Shown: piece by piece, positions 60,686 to 64,000 of the stretch
Numbering within the stretch: the stretch's first letter is position 1
How the letters are laid out: the number at the start of each line of letters is the position of its first letter
NCBI GenBank assembly: GCA_964187785.1
Contig: OZ076413.1
Location: forward strand, 50,842,001 to 50,906,000
Source of the DNA: Amphiscolops sp. MND2022
Taxonomy: Eukaryota
DNA length: 64,000 bases
Direction: 5' to 3'
Program-made: the position numbers and the translations under genes
The notes under the pieces: generated by a model
What the model was told of the DNA's origin: nothing
Seen by the model: the letters and a program-made list of their open reading frames with translations, nothing else
The model's database searches: none

Positions 60686-61782
60686 TAAGACTGAACCGGG
60701 TTGAAGACTTGAACTATCAATTCCGGAAAATTAACAGTGAAACCGTTTGTATTATGAACGTCTTTATCAAATGGAGAGAAGTACAAAGTATGAGTCTTCT
60801 TGCAGGGGAATGGGTATTTATACCTCTGAAAGGCTGACACACACATTTTTTACATACTTCGATCAAGACAAATCATCGGATTTAACAATCATCATAAAGA
60901 AATCCCCGACAATTACATATTTCCGGGGGACATTTAAGGAATGGTATTCAGGGTCATCATTTTAGGTAGCAACTTCAAACAATTTGTCGGTAAGACCTAC
61001 TTCAAGTGTGATGTAAACAAATACCACAACTTACATATTTTATTGTGATGTAAAACGAAGGCACGTGCCGGCACAAGTTTACTGCAAATAAAGCTGAAAA
61101 CGGAATGTATTACTATGTGTGGAATCCTAATACTGCATCGATATTCGCGAAAATACACTCACATATCAGAGCCGGAATAGGCCCAAATCCATAACATGTA
61201 CCGCGCATATGAAGGACATGGTAAAAGGCCTTAACAGTCCCTTTATCCAAGTCGAAAGTATACAAACATCAAAACATCACAACCGTATTTCTTTAGACTA
61301 AAAACATGATTCTAATAGCTCCGCGTAAGTACAGATTCAATCAGGCAACAAAGGCATCATTATGCTTGAATTGGCCGAAACCGTCCACTTGACTGAGGGA
61401 CTGATATAAATTAGCACCGCTTAGCCAATTGGCCATATCCGGCCATCATAAATAAAGCACTAAAAAATTAGCAAAAGGAAAGCTCTGATTGGCTAATAAT
61501 CGTACTGAAAGTTACATCGCCGAGAAGGGACGTTTTCTTACTTGAACACGTTTCCTTCTCGCGATTAACCTGCTTATTGTACGTTACCGCTTTGATCAAT
61601 TTCAACACTCTATTTGTAATACAACAAACTTCCTTTTACACATCTCAAATCACAACCTGATTTGGATAGTTCCAAATCGTAATTTTAACAGACTAATATC
61701 ACGAACAATTATATAAATTGCACTTGATTAAACAAAAATGAATGTGATTAACAAAAAAATATAAGTTTCAGCAAGGGAAAGT

Positions 61783-62568
61783 TTAAAACGTGGGTAGGGT
61801 ACCCGGGATGATTTCTTGATTTTCCGCCGACGTCGTTATTAATGTGCCATCACAGGCGGCAGCCTGCGACACTGCGGGTGTTATGAAGAGGAATGCCCCG
61901 GCGTTGAGACCGTTCTCGTATGCTTCTCTTCTGATTTTCGTGATATACTCAGGCTCTCCTCGTGGCTTGGACCTTGCAACATACCATTCTACTTTCTCTT
62001 TCTTTATTGCTTCTGAGGATCTGCCACACACCATACACCCAGAATACAGTTTGTTGCTCACGTCCTCGTACGGCCTTGTGTTCTGTACATGGAACGACGC
62101 GTGAAAACCACCCATGGTAGGCTGCATCAAGGGGGTGTCCAAACTTGGCCCTCTCTCATGGTTAGGTGGTGACATAGGCGACTCTGACACTGGTAATAGA
62201 GTCTTGCAAATCTCTATTCTTGACTTTCCCAACTTCTTTGGGGGAGCATAACACATCTCCTGGTCAAAGTACTTGTGGTCAAATTTCGGAGTCACGTCTG
62301 TTCGGATCTGGGAAGAACTGGGGCCAGCTTCTGGTTCGTCTTCTGAAGGTTCCTCCATAGTCATTATGCGGCCCCCAATTAGCATGGGGCTGGAGGTGAC
62401 TTCCCTTTCGATTCTTGCAATAAGCTTTTCCGTGTCTGTGGAGCAGTCAGTTTCCCAGTCTGATGACTCTTCCTCACCGCTGGAAATGTATATTACAGAT
62501 CTTTCAGAATCATCTGAGTCGTATTCCTCCAGATCGAACAATCTTCTAGCTAAGTTGTATTTGCTCAT
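61783..62568 (-). CDS. Antisense accessory ORF (261 aa): acidic/Ser-rich N-terminus with a SIM-like motif and CxxC
   Basis: Intact ORF; SVIYISSGEEESSD; CMVC. Confidence 0.6.
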   Translation of the reverse strand: MSKYNLARRLFDLEEYDSDDSERSVIYISSGEEESSDWETDCSTDTEKLIARIEREVTSSPMLIGGRIMTMEEPSEDEPEAGPSSSQIRTDVTPKFDHKYFDQEMCYAPPKKLGKSRIEICKTLLPVSESPMSPPNHERGPSLDTPLMQPTMGGFHASFHVQNTRPYEDVSNKLYSGCMVCGRSSEAIKKEKVEWYVARSKPRGEPEYITKIRREAYENGLNAGAFLFITPAVSQAAACDGTLITTSAENQEIIPGTLPTF

Positions 62569-63641
62569 GATTATCTTTTTTGCTATTTTTGAAGCTATTC
62601 GTAGTGACTGTATTGAAGGGAAGTTTGTAGTAGAATGAATTTGTCAGTTTTAATAATTTAGCCGAGTCAGGCTATTTCCCGAACTTTCCAGTTCGGCGGG
62701 AGAACCTTGGGTTAATCGTCCCGATCCATCGTAAACTTTTCTGAATGGAATTCCATGATTAGTCGGCTCCCTTTGATAACCTGAAGTTTACCCCTCATCA
62801 GTGTCATCACTAGAAGAGGTGTGAATGACGCTCGACTTACGAATATCAACTACATCCGTCTCAAGTATGTAATTAACGGGCCGCTTGTAAGCAAGTAGCG
62901 GCACGCGTCACCAAATTTTCTCGTAATGGCTTCAGCCAATCAGCGTTAAGCTTCGATAAATTGTAAAATTAAATAATAAAAATGGCGAAAATAATAAATC
63001 CAAATAATCCAAGATGGCGGAAATCCTAACTAAAGGGTAACTAAGGCAACTGAATGAAACGGCGAAATGAAACAGGGTAAACGGCCGTAACTGGCCTCTA
63101 ACTAAACAAGCTGTGAATAAATAACAAAGTTCTTTGTACATTTCGCTGGCAGACTCCATGTACATTTTAAATATGTAAATAATCAAATAATATTAGTCTG
63201 GTAATTTCTCTTCAGCCACGAACTCCAACTTTTCACCTCCTTGATTATTAACATATTCCAATTCCTTTTACTCTCGTGGTTGTTATAATTGTTTTATCCA
63301 TCCGTCCGAGTCTTCGACAACGATATACGATCGCTCCTGCTTTCACTTCCATCAGTGGCCATCTTCCGTCGGATCTTCTCCAACTTCCTCTCAACTTTAG
63401 CCGAGTTCGACCTATTTCCCACGCTTCTATAATTCCGCGTTGGACTGTTGCCGTACAGACATCACCACAAAACATGTCTTCTAATCCAGGTTGGTCTGAT
63501 TTCCTCATTTTTTGAACAAGTTTGGCTTGATCAGGGCCAAACGTCGTTCACATAACGCTTCCTGTTTCCAACAATTAAACACGTTAAAGCACGCTTCATT
63601 CAATTTTCAAATCACTTCCGGAAGATTTCTAACGCGGTAAA

Positions 63642-64000
63642 ATGGATTCTTTTCAAGGAAGCATACCGCTCAATTTTATCTCTTTCTATTTAGATAATCA
63701 GTCTTCTGAAACTGGGACTACATCAAACCCCTCTAAATTACTTCAGACGGTTCTTGAAGAAGGTGTTGTTCCGAGTGCAACAAGCGTCATCAGACCTGTG
63801 ACTTCCCCTCCAAGCGTTGAAAGTGAGGATGTAAACATCTATGCAGAAGCCAAAGTGCGCGAAATGGAGGCTGAAAGACCTCAGCCACGAGAACAGCCAA
63901 CTTCTATGGATTCTACCATGGCTACGCCCAGTACTGAAACCGTAACTGGAGACCAAGCTTCTCTGTCTTTAGTCCCAGTCCGGTCCAGCACTCCAATACG
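63642..64000 (+). CDS. Partial ORF running off the window end (S/T/P/E-rich, unknown product)
   Basis: MDSFQGSIPLNF...LLQTVLEEG...VRSSTPI, open for 119 codons; absent from the ORF track because it has no stop in the window. Confidence 0.4.
   Translation, partial: MDSFQGSIPLNFISFYLDNQSSETGTTSNPSKLLQTVLEEGVVPSATSVIRPVTSPPSVESEDVNIYAEAKVREMEAERPQPREQPTSMDSTMATPSTETVTGDQASLSLVPVRSSTPI

Larger units (their letters stand above)
55310..64000 (+). mobile_element. Ty3/Gypsy LTR retrotransposon (gag-PR-RT-RH-IN) with a long 3' region bearing accessory ORFs; probably continues beyond the window
   Basis: LTR remnant ending TATAACA (55363) and a PBS; gag with two CCHC knuckles; protease (IATGS for DTGS); RT (FIDD); RNase H (CDAS, ELELLAV); integrase (HHCC, LDFAGP, RTDPG, GNGKVE). 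A few stops and frameshifts. Membership of 60100-64000 is inferred. Confidence 0.85.

Overview
Eukaryotic (invertebrate animal-type) genomic DNA, AT-rich and dense in transposable elements. Two intact spliced host genes converge tail-to-tail: a CARD-domain initiator caspase (+, 27344-37036, 8 coding exons, ~441 aa, one GC-AG intron) and a vitellogenin/large lipid-transfer protein (-, 50263-41622, 15 exons, ~1576 aa). The rest is nested TEs: a decayed Jockey/I-like LINE with a 1.8-kb tandem duplication, a decayed Gypsy with an env-like glycoprotein remnant, three hAT elements, two Penelope-like elements with hammerhead motifs (one with a PHD finger inside its RT), many MITEs and Helentron-like elements, and a second Gypsy with antisense accessory ORFs. 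The standout is a ~420-bp miniature LTR retrotransposon (TRIM; 22032-26159 once an inserted Penelope is removed, plus a solo LTR at 453-591). Its LTRs each encode a tRNA-like Pol III gene whose CCA-added 3' end is exactly complementary to the element's own primer-binding site, so it appears to encode its own reverse-transcription primer. All calls are by eye; no database searches were run.
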